IMG/VR virus record: IMGVR_UViG_3300048020_000321
Location: 1-45,278 of that record
Strand: one strand, 5' to 3'
Length of the DNA stretch: 45,278 nt
DNA from: a virus
Lineage: Duplodnaviria; Caudoviricetes
Shown: one piece after another, positions 18,273 through 28,494 of the stretch
How the letters are laid out: the number at the start of each line of letters is the position of its first letter
Position numbering within the stretch: the first letter of the stretch is position 1
Translations under genes and position numbers: made by a program
Notes under the pieces: model-generated
Told to the model about the DNA's origin: nothing
Databases searched by the model: none
What the model saw: the letters and a program-made list of their open reading frames with translations, nothing else

Positions 18273-20729
18273 ATGACTCCAAAACCTAACTTTACGCCGC
18301 GCGCTCAACAAGCGATAAACGAAGCTAAAAAAGTTGCTAAAAAGTATCAAAGCGAATTCGTATCAATAGAGCATTTATTTTTCGGAATGGTAAAATTAAA
18401 TGCAGGAATTTTAAGTGAGATATTATATTTATTAAATATTGATCAAGAACAACTAAAAGAAGAAGTGGAAAATGCACTATCGCTCGGGTTTCAAAACTTA
18501 GAGTTCTATACAGAAGTAGACGGATCACCTTCTTATGATGAAGATTTCCATCTTATACTCAAAGTTTCAGCCTCAATAAGTGAAAAACTAGAACATGAAT
18601 ATGTAGGTTTAGAGCACATTCTTCTAGCTTTATTGAAATTTGAAGGCTCTTCAATTCCCAGTTTTTTTAAATCTTTTAACGCGTCAGAAGAAGATATTAT
18701 ATCAGAAGTTAGAGAGTACTTGCACCTTTCTAAAGACCATACAACCAAAAAGAAAGAAAAACTTTACTATTCAACCCCTAAACCAAAAATAAAAGACACT
18801 AGCCTTCAGAATTTAGAAAAGCATGCATTAAATCTTAACTCTCTCGCAACTCAAGGTAAATTTGATAAAATAGTAGGTAAAGAGGAGGAGGTTTCTAGTG
18901 TTTGTGAAATTTTATGCAGAAGAACCAAAAATAATCCAGTACTACTTGGTGAACCAGGGGTTGGTAAAACAGCTATAGTAGAAGGGTTAGCTCAAAAAAT
19001 AGTCAAAGCTGAAGCTCCCGATTTTTTACTAGGTAAGGTTATATATTCCTTAGACTTAGGGTCCTTAATAGCTGGCACCAAATATAGAGGCCAGTTTGAA
19101 GAAAGATTGAAAAACATAATAGATGAAGCTAAAAAAAACAAAAGCATAATTTTATTCATAGATGAAATACACACTCTTGTTGGAGCTGGAAGTGCAGAAG
19201 GCAGCATGGATGCCGCCAACTTACTCAAGCCTTTGCTTGCCAGAGGAGAGTTGAAGTGTATTGGAGCAACAACCCAAGACGAGTACAAAAAGAGTATTCT
19301 TAAGGATGGCGCCCTAGATAGAAGATTTCAGTCGGTAAAAGTTAATCAACCAACCAAGGAAGAAACAAAGAAAATCATATCTGGAATAAAAAGTAAATAC
19401 GAACAGTTTCATAGTATATATTATCCTGAAGAAATTATTGATTTAATTGTTGAATTGACCTCTAGGTATATGGTAGATAAACAATTCCCTGATAAAGCTA
19501 TTGATGTTATGGACCAAGCGGGCTCTAAAGTAAAAATAAAAAACATCCAAAGGCCAAATGAAGCAAAAGATATAGAAAAAAAACTAGAAAACCTTGCCCT
19601 AAAAGAATCCAATATGGAAATGGTTGGAGCCTCAAAGAGTTTGATTGAGGATGAACAATTGTTTTTATTAGAAGAGTACGATAAAATTATAGAAAAATGG
19701 GTCAAAAAAACTGTAAAAGCCAAAATACAGGTTACTAAAAAAGATATATTCGAAGTGATTTGTGCAAGAACAGGCGTTCCTGTTAATGAAATGTCTTCAA
19801 AACAATCCACAAAACTTCTTTCTCTAGCGAAAGATCTAAACAAAAAGATTATCGGGCAAGAAGAATCTATAAAAGAAATTTCCGAGTCAATTTTAAGATC
19901 AAAATCTGGGCTACAAGACTCCAAAAAACCAGTCGGAAGTTTTTTACTGGTTGGAGCAAGTGGGACAGGAAAAACTCATACAGCAAAATGTATTGCAAAA
20001 TTTGTATACGGTGGAGAAGATAAACTTATTCAGCTAGACATGAGTGAGTTTTCTGAGAAGATTTCCTGTAGCAGATTAATTGGTGCATCGCCAGGTTATG
20101 TTGGTTATGAAGAAGGTGGAGAGCTAACGGAAAAGGTAAGAAGAAACCCATACAGCGTAGTACTGTTTGACGAAATCGAGAAAGCGCACCCAGAGGTCTT
20201 AAATATATTATTGCAAATTCTTGAAGAGGGCTTCGTGACAGATAACTCGGGGAGAAAGATTAATTTCAATAATTGCATAATTATACTCACAGGAAACGTG
20301 GGTAGCGAAAAAATAACAAAACCATCAATAGGCTTTGGGAATTCCTCTGATCATGCTAAAGATAAACTGAAAGAGGAATTAAAGGTGTTTTTCAAGCCAG
20401 AGTTCTTAAATAGATTAAATGAGATTATTATGTTTGACAATTTCAGCATTAAAGAATTGATGCAGATAACCAAGTTAGAAATGAACAAAATTCAAGAAAA
20501 ACTAAAAATCAAAAATATAAATATATCCCTAACTCCTTCCTTAAATAAGTATATATCGGAACAAGCTGAAAAAGAAAAAATGGGAGCACGACCCATACAA
20601 AGATTAATTCAAAAAATCATAGAAAATAAATTATCCACACTACTTCTGAATAAAGAGCTTATAGAAAACCAATCAATAAAATTTTCTATAAATAAAGGTG
20701 AAATTACTTACAAAATCAAGGAAGAATAG
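18273..20729 (+). CDS. clpC: ClpC/ClpA-type AAA+ unfoldase
   Basis: Clp N-domain repeats, GEPGVGKT, FIDEIH, GASGTGKT, LFDEIEKAH and an IGF loop. Start is 18267 or 18273; GTGTAA spacing favours 18273. Confidence 0.9.
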   Translation: MTPKPNFTPRAQQAINEAKKVAKKYQSEFVSIEHLFFGMVKLNAGILSEILYLLNIDQEQLKEEVENALSLGFQNLEFYTEVDGSPSYDEDFHLILKVSASISEKLEHEYVGLEHILLALLKFEGSSIPSFFKSFNASEEDIISEVREYLHLSKDHTTKKKEKLYYSTPKPKIKDTSLQNLEKHALNLNSLATQGKFDKIVGKEEEVSSVCEILCRRTKNNPVLLGEPGVGKTAIVEGLAQKIVKAEAPDFLLGKVIYSLDLGSLIAGTKYRGQFEERLKNIIDEAKKNKSIILFIDEIHTLVGAGSAEGSMDAANLLKPLLARGELKCIGATTQDEYKKSILKDGALDRRFQSVKVNQPTKEETKKIISGIKSKYEQFHSIYYPEEIIDLIVELTSRYMVDKQFPDKAIDVMDQAGSKVKIKNIQRPNEAKDIEKKLENLALKESNMEMVGASKSLIEDEQLFLLEEYDKIIEKWVKKTVKAKIQVTKKDIFEVICARTGVPVNEMSSKQSTKLLSLAKDLNKKIIGQEESIKEISESILRSKSGLQDSKKPVGSFLLVGASGTGKTHTAKCIAKFVYGGEDKLIQLDMSEFSEKISCSRLIGASPGYVGYEEGGELTEKVRRNPYSVVLFDEIEKAHPEVLNILLQILEEGFVTDNSGRKINFNNCIIILTGNVGSEKITKPSIGFGNSSDHAKDKLKEELKVFFKPEFLNRLNEIIMFDNFSIKELMQITKLEMNKIQEKLKIKNINISLTPSLNKYISEQAEKEKMGARPIQRLIQKIIENKLSTLLLNKELIENQSIKFSINKGEITYKIKEE

Positions 20730-21225
20730 GTTTGATTGGGTCACTCACTTCGGGAGATCTTGGCTCCATTGGGTCCTCAAACTTTTCTCCGGGATTTTGG
20801 CTTGGATTTGGTTTATTTTTGGAAGAGTTAAAGACTTGCATGCATGCATGAAATCTGTCCGTTTGAACTGGATACCTTTTCTTCATATTAGCGTCTAGAA
20901 TACACCTAGTCACAAATTGATCACCGCTTTCTGAGTCAACTGGAACCGGATATCTTTTATCTTGATTTGTTAAAAAGTTATTATCTGTATCTTGCTGAAG
21001 ATCTTCTTTTTTGTTGGGAAATATATCTTCATATTCAACATACCTTATTGATTCATCAATAGCTTCGTATGCAGAAGTGATATTTTTCTTTACTGAATCA
21101 TGAAGATCTCTTTCTTCTCCTATCATATCGTAAAGTAATCTAGCTTTTTTCCAAATGTGAAAAAGTTCTGATTTTACTTTTTTATAGCTTGAATCCGCCT
21201 TCGTTTCGTTCATTTTTTCTTTCAT
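20716..21225 (-). CDS. Hypothetical protein
   Basis: 169-aa ORF, last gene of the - strand block, converging on clpC. Confidence 0.6.
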   Translation of the reverse strand: MKEKMNETKADSSYKKVKSELFHIWKKARLLYDMIGEERDLHDSVKKNITSAYEAIDESIRYVEYEDIFPNKKEDLQQDTDNNFLTNQDKRYPVPVDSESGDQFVTRCILDANMKKRYPVQTDRFHACMQVFNSSKNKPNPSQNPGEKFEDPMEPRSPEVSDPIKPILP

Positions 21226-21239
21226 TTTATTTTATAAAT

Positions 21240-21731
21240 TTATTCTTGTTCTATCGGAGAGTCTTTCCCAGCGACTTGTTTTGGCTTTGCTCCGTATAGA
21301 TTATAAGCGTATATTAAGTTTTTTAATCTCTCTTGCGAGGCAACATATGCATCGTGATAATATTTAGGTGTGGGAGTATTTGGTTTTTTAATTACAGAGT
21401 CTCCTTCTTGAATCATTATCCACCCTGCGGTTTTGCCGTCTCCATCTATTTTTCTTAAAGCGTTTCTTTCTGCTTTTCTGTTGTAGTCAGATAAATACAT
21501 CTCCCTTAATATAGTCTGTTCTTCTAGCATTAGTCCGTCTGGGTTATCTCCGCTAAATGAAGTGAATATTAATGTATTGAGCTCTCCTAAGTGCCCTTCT
21601 AGCCAACCAGATATTAATCCGATATCTACATCTCTTTGTGTTCCGTGATCATGAAAACCTAAATCTTGATCGTAAAGATTTAATGCGAGTTTCCCGATGT
21701 TCGTTTGCGGATTAATAGGTGGGTGGGCCAT
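21240..21731 (-). CDS. Hypothetical protein, possible head-tail connector
   Basis: Position downstream of the capsid gene; helical 163-aa ORF. Function is inferred from context only. Confidence 0.5.
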   Translation of the reverse strand: MAHPPINPQTNIGKLALNLYDQDLGFHDHGTQRDVDIGLISGWLEGHLGELNTLIFTSFSGDNPDGLMLEEQTILREMYLSDYNRKAERNALRKIDGDGKTAGWIMIQEGDSVIKKPNTPTPKYYHDAYVASQERLKNLIYAYNLYGAKPKQVAGKDSPIEQE

Positions 21732-21732
21732 T

Positions 21733-22140
21733 TTAACCTCCTAGATAATCAAGAACTTCCTTATGCTTTGGGTTGCTTGGGTCAAGCTTGATGGGTTCCC
21801 CCATCACCTGAACACTTCCTTGACCAACCAGGCTTGACTCAAAAGCTCTTTTGATTTTATTCTTTAGAACAGTTTTATTTCCAGATGGAAACACTCCAGC
21901 TTTTACAGCGAAAGACTGAAGGTCGGTAAGATTCATATCTTCTAGCATTTCTTTAAATATTCTTTTATCGTTAGTTTTAAAAGGGCTTATTTTCTTGACT
22001 CCTAATATATCTTCTAATTCCCTAGCTCTAGAAATTTTATCTTCGTAGCTTTTTCCTGTTGTTTGGTTTAGATCCTCAAGTTTTGTGCTTTTTTTTGCGA
22101 CAGACTTGCTCGATTTTTTTGTTGTTTTTTTGTTTGCCAT
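21733..22140 (-). CDS. Hypothetical protein with basic N-terminus
   Basis: 135-aa ORF with upstream AAAGG and a GTGTAT motif. Confidence 0.65.
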   Translation of the reverse strand: MANKKTTKKSSKSVAKKSTKLEDLNQTTGKSYEDKISRARELEDILGVKKISPFKTNDKRIFKEMLEDMNLTDLQSFAVKAGVFPSGNKTVLKNKIKRAFESSLVGQGSVQVMGEPIKLDPSNPKHKEVLDYLGG

Positions 22141-22194
22141 AATTTGTACCTTTTTCCTTTGTGTATTAATACACTATATAATAATGATTTTAAA

Positions 22195-22230
22195 TAAAAA
22201 ATCCACCCCAGTTGCCTGAGGTGGACTTTT
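22195..22230 (-). terminator. Terminator after the capsid gene
   Basis: On the - strand: GTCCACCTCAG-GCAA-CTGGGGTGGAT followed by a T tract. Confidence 0.8.
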
Positions 22231-22253
22231 ATAAAACGTTAATTCTATTAAAA

Positions 22254-23399
22254 TTAAACGATAAGACCAAGTAGCACTCGATCGTCGATGATCATGCGAC
22301 CCTCTTCAAGAGAGCCGTAGTAACCGATCTTAGATTGACGTGTTACGAATTGGTCGTCAGCGATAAGAGAAAACTCATCTCCGGACTCGGAGTCGGTGGC
22401 GACTGCGCGAATCATAGATTCACGTGACAAGTCAACGCCGACAATAGCTTGCTCAGTGCCTTGAATTGCTTGAGCTGCACCACCGTTACCAGGAACTGAA
22501 TAGTTATCTGCGTAAGTAGTTCCTCCAGCAGCAGTACTGAAAACAGTGTTCCATTTTTGCCCTTCACCCATTTCATTATACTCTTGAATGGATACTCCGT
22601 AGAACTCAGGGATTCCTGCGCTATTGAAAACTGCGTCGCGCATAGTATCTGTACCAGCGATTCCGTCTCCAGCAGTTGGTGCTCCACCAGCTCCGCCAAT
22701 TGTGTTAATTGGGTTATAAGCTAAACCGCGAATTTCTTCTACGATTTCAGGGGAAACCAGTAAATCTGTAATTCCACGACCACGGCGTTCTGCAGGCGTT
22801 CCACCATTCCAAGAGGTATTGATCCTCTTAGCTTTAGTAAAAAGCTTGTTCAAGTCCGAAAGAAGGAATCTTCCAGCCTGAGCAGAACGAATTACGTGCT
22901 GCTCACTGTTTGTCGAAGCATTTGCAAGAGCGGTCATTATCATAGTTGCAGAAGTCTTTTCTTGTTTAAGAAGGATTTCTTGCGCCATGCGTGTGAATGT
23001 TTTACTCACAACATCAAGCCTTGAACGAGAAGCGTAGCGCTTGTCGAAGCTCAATGCGCTATCGAGAGTATAAGTTGTGAACTTAAGCTCGCTTTGCGAA
23101 GGAGCAACTTGATTTGTAGGAAGTCCGCCAGGAACTGATTGACTCCAAACCTGGATGTAGTCTTCGTCAGTAATATCATGATAAAGGTCCAATGGAATAC
23201 TTGGGCTTTCGTCAGAGTTAAACTGAAGAGAGGAGAACATGTTGCTTACAGTTGGGGCGCTATTGACGACCTCTGCCAAAACTGGTCCGATAAATTCGGC
23301 CAATGCAGTTTGAGCTTCGTAAGAAACGTCTCTATTTTTCGAAGCCATAGCTTTTACAAGCTCGACTTGCTCGGGTGTTCTTTCTAAAGTAATTTTCAT
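22254..23399 (-). CDS. Major capsid protein (putative)
   Basis: 381 aa from ATG 23399 (AAGGA SD). Canonical order TerL-protease/scaffold-decoration-MCP-terminator. Confidence 0.75.
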   Translation of the reverse strand: MKITLERTPEQVELVKAMASKNRDVSYEAQTALAEFIGPVLAEVVNSAPTVSNMFSSLQFNSDESPSIPLDLYHDITDEDYIQVWSQSVPGGLPTNQVAPSQSELKFTTYTLDSALSFDKRYASRSRLDVVSKTFTRMAQEILLKQEKTSATMIMTALANASTNSEQHVIRSAQAGRFLLSDLNKLFTKAKRINTSWNGGTPAERRGRGITDLLVSPEIVEEIRGLAYNPINTIGGAGGAPTAGDGIAGTDTMRDAVFNSAGIPEFYGVSIQEYNEMGEGQKWNTVFSTAAGGTTYADNYSVPGNGGAAQAIQGTEQAIVGVDLSRESMIRAVATDSESGDEFSLIADDQFVTRQSKIGYYGSLEEGRMIIDDRVLLGLIV

Positions 23400-23415
23400 T
23401 TTAAATTTCCTTATG

Positions 23416-24039
23416 TTAGAAGCTAACTTTGCAGAGGTATTTCTTGCTGGACGAGTCGTCGCTTTCTTCTCCAATGGCGAGTACAGAACCGACAACGGTG
23501 CCTGAAGACGCTTTTTTAAGCTTTCCTGCAGTAGAAGAAACCTCAAGGTCGTCTCCTAAGTCTGGCGCGCTTGAAAAAGCAGAACCGCTTAAAAGAACAA
23601 GCCCTTTAGTCAAAACAGGAACTGTTTGACCTGGAAGAACTCCTTGCGCTTCGTCTAGTTTTTGTTTATAAGATATCATCTTTTCTCCGTTTTCGTCAAA
23701 CGCCAAGGTTTCACGTAAAGTGATTCCAAGCGCACGTCCGGAGCCATCAGCTGGAGCTACGGTCATACCTGTATTAGCGGGGTATCCGTTGAATCCAATA
23801 TGAGCGCCACTAAAACTTGCTCCCAAATAATCACGAAGATTATCTGGGGTAGTTGCGCGCAATTCGGAAACCTCACCAGGTAGAGCTCCCGCACTTACAG
23901 AAACAACAACGCCTGCATCAAAGTCGCCTGTGCCGTTACTTGTGAAATCCGCAAGGGTTTCTCCAGTTACGTCAAGAGCGAATAAGTTAACAACATCGTG
24001 TTCACTGTAGTCTCGGTATGGTAGTATTCTTTTTGCCAT
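23416..24039 (-). CDS. Head decoration/cement protein (putative)
   Basis: Small Gly/Val-rich beta protein directly before the MCP (ALGITL, VPVLTKG, VVGSVL). Confidence 0.6.
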   Translation of the reverse strand: MAKRILPYRDYSEHDVVNLFALDVTGETLADFTSNGTGDFDAGVVVSVSAGALPGEVSELRATTPDNLRDYLGASFSGAHIGFNGYPANTGMTVAPADGSGRALGITLRETLAFDENGEKMISYKQKLDEAQGVLPGQTVPVLTKGLVLLSGSAFSSAPDLGDDLEVSSTAGKLKKASSGTVVGSVLAIGEESDDSSSKKYLCKVSF

Positions 24040-24058
24040 AATTTTTTTCTTCTATATA

Positions 24059-25675
24059 TTAGTATGAAATTTTAACCGACTCCTTAAAAGTCTTTGCGAA
24101 ACGATCGCGAAGGGAGGAGGGGGCTTCGGAAGAAGATTCGTTATTATTAATAACGGCTGCATCTTCAACCTGTACGTTTTCTAAAGCGTCTTCTACCTCA
24201 TCGGAAGAATCTTGTTCTTCTGTTTCCGAAGCTTCTACAACTTGCGAAATTTCTTTTGAAGTATTCTCGGCTTCAGCAGCTTCAACAGTTTCGAGTCTTT
24301 TGGCGACTTCTTGAGCAACTCGCTCTTCGAAAGCTTTTTGTTCTGCTGCGATAAAATCTTTATTTTTATGCTTCCAAACTTTTGAAAGTTTTTCTTGATA
24401 AGAAGCGAACCCCTCTTCTGATTCGTCAACTTGAGAAAGTTCTGAAGCTAAAATTTTCAGGTCTTCATCATCAAGATCATATACCTCACTGAGAGCTTCC
24501 ATTCTAGAATTGAATCTAACTTCTGCTTCTCTTGAGGAATTCTCTTTTTCTAAGGCGATGAGCTTTTCCTTTGTTGATTCTAATTGCTCTTCAACTTCAA
24601 GCATTTTTTCTTGAAGAGAAGCTTGAGCTTGAGAAGCTTCTTCTTTTTCAGCTTTGGCTTTTTCTAGATCTGCAATATACTGTTCGCTTTTTTCTTTTAT
24701 TGCGTCACTAAAAACCTTAGAAATGCTAGCGACAGTTTCTTCTGAGAAATCTTGCTTGCCAAGCTTTTCGTCTAAAGCTGCTCGGAATTCGTTAATAATT
24801 TGTTTTGTTTCCATAATTAAATTTTTATGTTGTTCTTTGTTTAGTACATCTTGTTTTTTAGATTGGGAAGTTTTTTCGCTTTTAATGATGATTTTGTCAA
24901 TAGGTTGATTGCGGCTAGGCTTTTCGGCTTGTACCTGCCCGCTTTTAGCGACAAGACCTTTAACGTCAGCAGCGGGGTTTGATGTAAAACCTATTCCGAG
25001 CGGATATATATCCCCAACAATCAATCTATTAACTTTTCGCCCATCTTGCAATTGCCCTTTTCCTCCTGAGGATTTTAAATATGGAGCATAAGCCTTAATT
25101 TCTTCTGGGTCAGATATAATGCTAGATTCCAGTAGGTCGTCCCCGCCAACGCTAACAACATATTCATTAAAACCCACCTCCCAACTCGCGGAGACAGTTT
25201 GAAAAAAATCGCTCTCTTTATCTGTGGAATTAAGAACTAAATCCGCAAACTCTTTACTTGCGGTTTTGTAAACAACTGCGGCAAGAGCTATATTAAAGGG
25301 TTCATCTTTTATTAAAGCTGCATCGTCGCTAATTAATTCAGAGTATTGACTATACTCAGAAAATCCAGCAGAAACAATATGCCCAACTATTCTATCTCTA
25401 TCATGCTCGATATTTGTCGGCTTATGTACAAAATAATCCTTTACGGCTACAGCTGTTTCGCTGTCTATCCCATCACCGTTTTTATTGAATTTATTTACAA
25501 CTGCAGCGTTAAATGCTACAGCAAGAAGATCTATATTTTTATCTAAATTTATTTCAGAGGGAATTAATGGCCGCAAAGATTCTATAGAAGCTTCACTAAT
25601 TTGCGATTCTTGCATTTGGCTTGACGCGCAAATAACATTGTCGAACTTTGTTGTGTATTTGTAAGGTAAAGACAT
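24059..25675 (-). CDS. Prohead protease-scaffold fusion (putative)
   Basis: N-terminal KPTNIEH..IVGH and SASWE motifs; long acidic coiled-coil C-terminus. Confidence 0.7.
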   Translation of the reverse strand: MSLPYKYTTKFDNVICASSQMQESQISEASIESLRPLIPSEINLDKNIDLLAVAFNAAVVNKFNKNGDGIDSETAVAVKDYFVHKPTNIEHDRDRIVGHIVSAGFSEYSQYSELISDDAALIKDEPFNIALAAVVYKTASKEFADLVLNSTDKESDFFQTVSASWEVGFNEYVVSVGGDDLLESSIISDPEEIKAYAPYLKSSGGKGQLQDGRKVNRLIVGDIYPLGIGFTSNPAADVKGLVAKSGQVQAEKPSRNQPIDKIIIKSEKTSQSKKQDVLNKEQHKNLIMETKQIINEFRAALDEKLGKQDFSEETVASISKVFSDAIKEKSEQYIADLEKAKAEKEEASQAQASLQEKMLEVEEQLESTKEKLIALEKENSSREAEVRFNSRMEALSEVYDLDDEDLKILASELSQVDESEEGFASYQEKLSKVWKHKNKDFIAAEQKAFEERVAQEVAKRLETVEAAEAENTSKEISQVVEASETEEQDSSDEVEDALENVQVEDAAVINNNESSSEAPSSLRDRFAKTFKESVKISY

Positions 25676-25690
25676 TTCAGTTTAATACAC

Positions 25691-27562
25691 TCACTTTATA
25701 AACATGGGAGTAAAGGTCGCAGATACATTTTCTATTTTTGAATCCATCATGTCATAATAAAGCTTAACCATCCAATTTCCAAGCACCAACGCTGAATAGC
25801 TGTCTTTCCTAGCTTTCTCTGGTCCAGTCTGCCTCCTTAAGCTTGATGGCAAGTCAAAACTTTGAGTTCCCGAAGAGGAGGTTGTTATTTGCACCAGCGA
25901 ACATTGCGTTTTTACTAAATTCATCATATCAAATTGATGCTCAACAAAATCTATCATCTTTGCAGGATTAGTCTGCTTTTCTTGAGATTGGGATGTTTTT
26001 AGAAATTCTATTTTATCTATAGGGATTTTTTTTCTTCTTTGCTCGTTGTAAGAATCGTCGATTGCCCTGGAGCCAAATAATATTCTTCTATGATCAAAAT
26101 TAGATTGAAGAAGTTCGTTAGCCCTGCGAATCCATTGACTAGTTGGCTTCCTTAAATAACAAATAGTTTTATTTTCTAAATTATATTCGCGCTTACCTTC
26201 TATTAGCTTTTGCTGGTAATTTTCTACATCATCAAAATTTGTATTTAAAAATTTTATATTTAATTTGTTTTTCTTGAATAGGTTACTTTCATTAGCTGCG
26301 TTCATAAATTGAACTCCTCCATTATAATCCCCTACGATAGATACAATATTAAAATGATTCAGTAAATAATAAAAATAATTTATATGTTGCTTTAAATTGG
26401 CTCCAGCCAGAGCGTAGCTATGCACGACAACCCCAATCTTTTTTTCTTCATTTAGTTTTATAACCATCATCGCAAAGTCATCACTGCTTTCGCTTTCGGC
26501 CCAACTTGGATCGAAAGCTAAAATATATTTATCTCCGGGCTTCCCGGCTATTTCTGTAGATGGCTCTTCTCCGTCCTTGAGTGTACATGCAGCCATTTTA
26601 GAAGTCTTGAAATAGCCCGAGCTATCGTCAGTAAAAATAGCCCCGAACTCTCGGTCGAATTGGCTTTGGCTCATTGTTGACTTTGCCTGATTAATCAAAT
26701 TTTGATCATAAAGCTGTCGAGGAGCGCAGTCATAACTAAACTGCATAATGGTTCTATGGGCATCTGATTCCTTATTTCCCCCAACTTGAATTAGATTTTC
26801 AAATTGCTCATATGCCTTGTACATATATTCAAATTTATAACTTGCAGAAGAAAGAGCTATAAGTTTATTATTAGGCCAAATATGTCGATCACTTTCTTGT
26901 AGTTTCCCCTGTCTAATAAGTTCGGTTTCAACATTATATATATCCTCTCTTTGGGTTGGATTCTCAACGACACTTAAAAACGGGATTATAACTTCATTGT
27001 AAATTCTTTCTGGCATAAGAGCAAACTCGTCAATAATAATTCTATGAAACCTAAACCCTCGAAGCTTTTCTCCGTCTCCGAGGGGTAGTGCCCGAATCCT
27101 ACTACTGCCAATTTCAAGCAGCCACTCATCATTACTTTTTGATTTATGAGTTATGCACTGGGACAAATACATAGCCTCAGGCTTAGAGGCTATATCTTCT
27201 ATTTTTTTAAATATCATTTTTGCCTGACGAAAAGATTTGGAGAGTATGCCGATTTCAACCCCTTGATTCATAATTGCATCAAGATATGCATAGATTGCAG
27301 TTGTAAACGATTTACTCATTCCTCGACTCCAAACCCCCATAAAATAATCAGTTTCAAACATTGCCTTGATAGCCATATGCTGAAAAGGAAAAAGTTTAAC
27401 CCCAGAAACTAAATCTGTCGTAAAAGTTATATTTTCTCTTAAAAATTTATATAGTAATATTTTAGCTTCCCTTTCCTCTAAATACCCCTTCATCTCCAAA
27501 AGTTTTTTATTGAAATCCTGATCCTCGCTTCTTGATTTTTGGTTTCCAATCTCCCAAGCCAT
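25691..27562 (-). CDS. terL: Terminase large subunit
   Basis: Walker A-like SRGMSKS, LRG..IIIDE Walker B, RNase H-like LAFDPS and KDSYSAL. Confidence 0.88.
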   Translation of the reverse strand: MAWEIGNQKSRSEDQDFNKKLLEMKGYLEEREAKILLYKFLRENITFTTDLVSGVKLFPFQHMAIKAMFETDYFMGVWSRGMSKSFTTAIYAYLDAIMNQGVEIGILSKSFRQAKMIFKKIEDIASKPEAMYLSQCITHKSKSNDEWLLEIGSSRIRALPLGDGEKLRGFRFHRIIIDEFALMPERIYNEVIIPFLSVVENPTQREDIYNVETELIRQGKLQESDRHIWPNNKLIALSSASYKFEYMYKAYEQFENLIQVGGNKESDAHRTIMQFSYDCAPRQLYDQNLINQAKSTMSQSQFDREFGAIFTDDSSGYFKTSKMAACTLKDGEEPSTEIAGKPGDKYILAFDPSWAESESSDDFAMMVIKLNEEKKIGVVVHSYALAGANLKQHINYFYYLLNHFNIVSIVGDYNGGVQFMNAANESNLFKKNKLNIKFLNTNFDDVENYQQKLIEGKREYNLENKTICYLRKPTSQWIRRANELLQSNFDHRRILFGSRAIDDSYNEQRRKKIPIDKIEFLKTSQSQEKQTNPAKMIDFVEHQFDMMNLVKTQCSLVQITTSSSGTQSFDLPSSLRRQTGPEKARKDSYSALVLGNWMVKLYYDMMDSKIENVSATFTPMFIK

Positions 27563-28494
27563 TATATCTCCCCCTTATCTATATAGTGTTGCAAGTCAAC
27601 GTTCCAAAGTTTCTTGCCGAGCTTTAAAAGCTTGGGTATAATCTCTTCTGATTTTTTTCGACTTCCTGTAAATATGAACTGGCAGTGGCCCAAAAATTGA
27701 TGACTTAGGACTCGCATATTGTGATAAATATATTTTAAATTAGATTTATGAGCCCCTCTCTTGTTATTTAATTCTATTTGCCTTAAGTCGCTTTCGACTA
27801 CAACAAACAAGTAACTATCAAAATCTTTTGTTCTTTGCAATTCATACTCAAATCGCTCAAGATTGTTTTTGCTGAGCGTTGACTTGAAGTCTTGCTCTCC
27901 TTTTCTATCCACATAAGTATAATCGTAATCATCTCCCCCTACTGCATAATCCCCAAACTCTAATTTCATAGATTCTGAATTTTGAAAAGTTAAAGGTTGC
28001 TGCTCACGTGTGTCTATAAAAATTTTTATATTAGGATCTATATTTTGTTTAAAAACTTCGGGCAGCTTCTTGTCAAACATTGGCTTCGTGCCTGCAGCCT
28101 CGCAAGCGGCGGTGTACGAACCACAATGCTCCTGAAACATGTCAACTCCAGGCAGACCATTCGTTTTCAACTCTACATGACAAGGAGCGACCTTTAAACC
28201 TTTCGCGGTAACTCTATTTTTTAATAAATTAATTATATATTCTTTTACCTTCGAAGTTTCTGTTTTTTCACACCATTTTATCAATTGTTCGTATGTAGAA
28301 AAGTCTCTATTGAAATAGTCATCCTTATTTTTAAAAGGCAAGGGGTCTTTAGTTAATAAATTATAACGAGGATAATATTTTGTATAATACTCTGCAAGTA
28401 TCATTTTGTGAGATTTTAAATGAGCGTGAAGGCTTTTTTCCGAAGTGAAACTTTGAGAGCATACTTTGCAAATTAAATTAATATTTTCCTTCAT
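27562..28494 (-). CDS. C2H2 zinc finger + ERCC4/XPF-type nuclease
   Basis: CKVC-x12-HLKSH, then IDTREQ, GDY and VDRKGEQD. Confidence 0.75.
   Translation of the reverse strand: MKENINLICKVCSQSFTSEKSLHAHLKSHKMILAEYYTKYYPRYNLLTKDPLPFKNKDDYFNRDFSTYEQLIKWCEKTETSKVKEYIINLLKNRVTAKGLKVAPCHVELKTNGLPGVDMFQEHCGSYTAACEAAGTKPMFDKKLPEVFKQNIDPNIKIFIDTREQQPLTFQNSESMKLEFGDYAVGGDDYDYTYVDRKGEQDFKSTLSKNNLERFEYELQRTKDFDSYLFVVVESDLRQIELNNKRGAHKSNLKYIYHNMRVLSHQFLGHCQFIFTGSRKKSEEIIPKLLKLGKKLWNVDLQHYIDKGEI

Noticed and set aside
1-20729. Left arm as bacterial chromosome flanking a prophage
   Set aside because: No integrase or att site seen. The gene mix is typical of large phages, and the same GTGTAW and leaderless promoter grammar spans both arms.
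23400-23546. N-terminal extension of the capsid ORF
   Set aside because: Overlaps the decoration gene; an SD supports ATG 23399.
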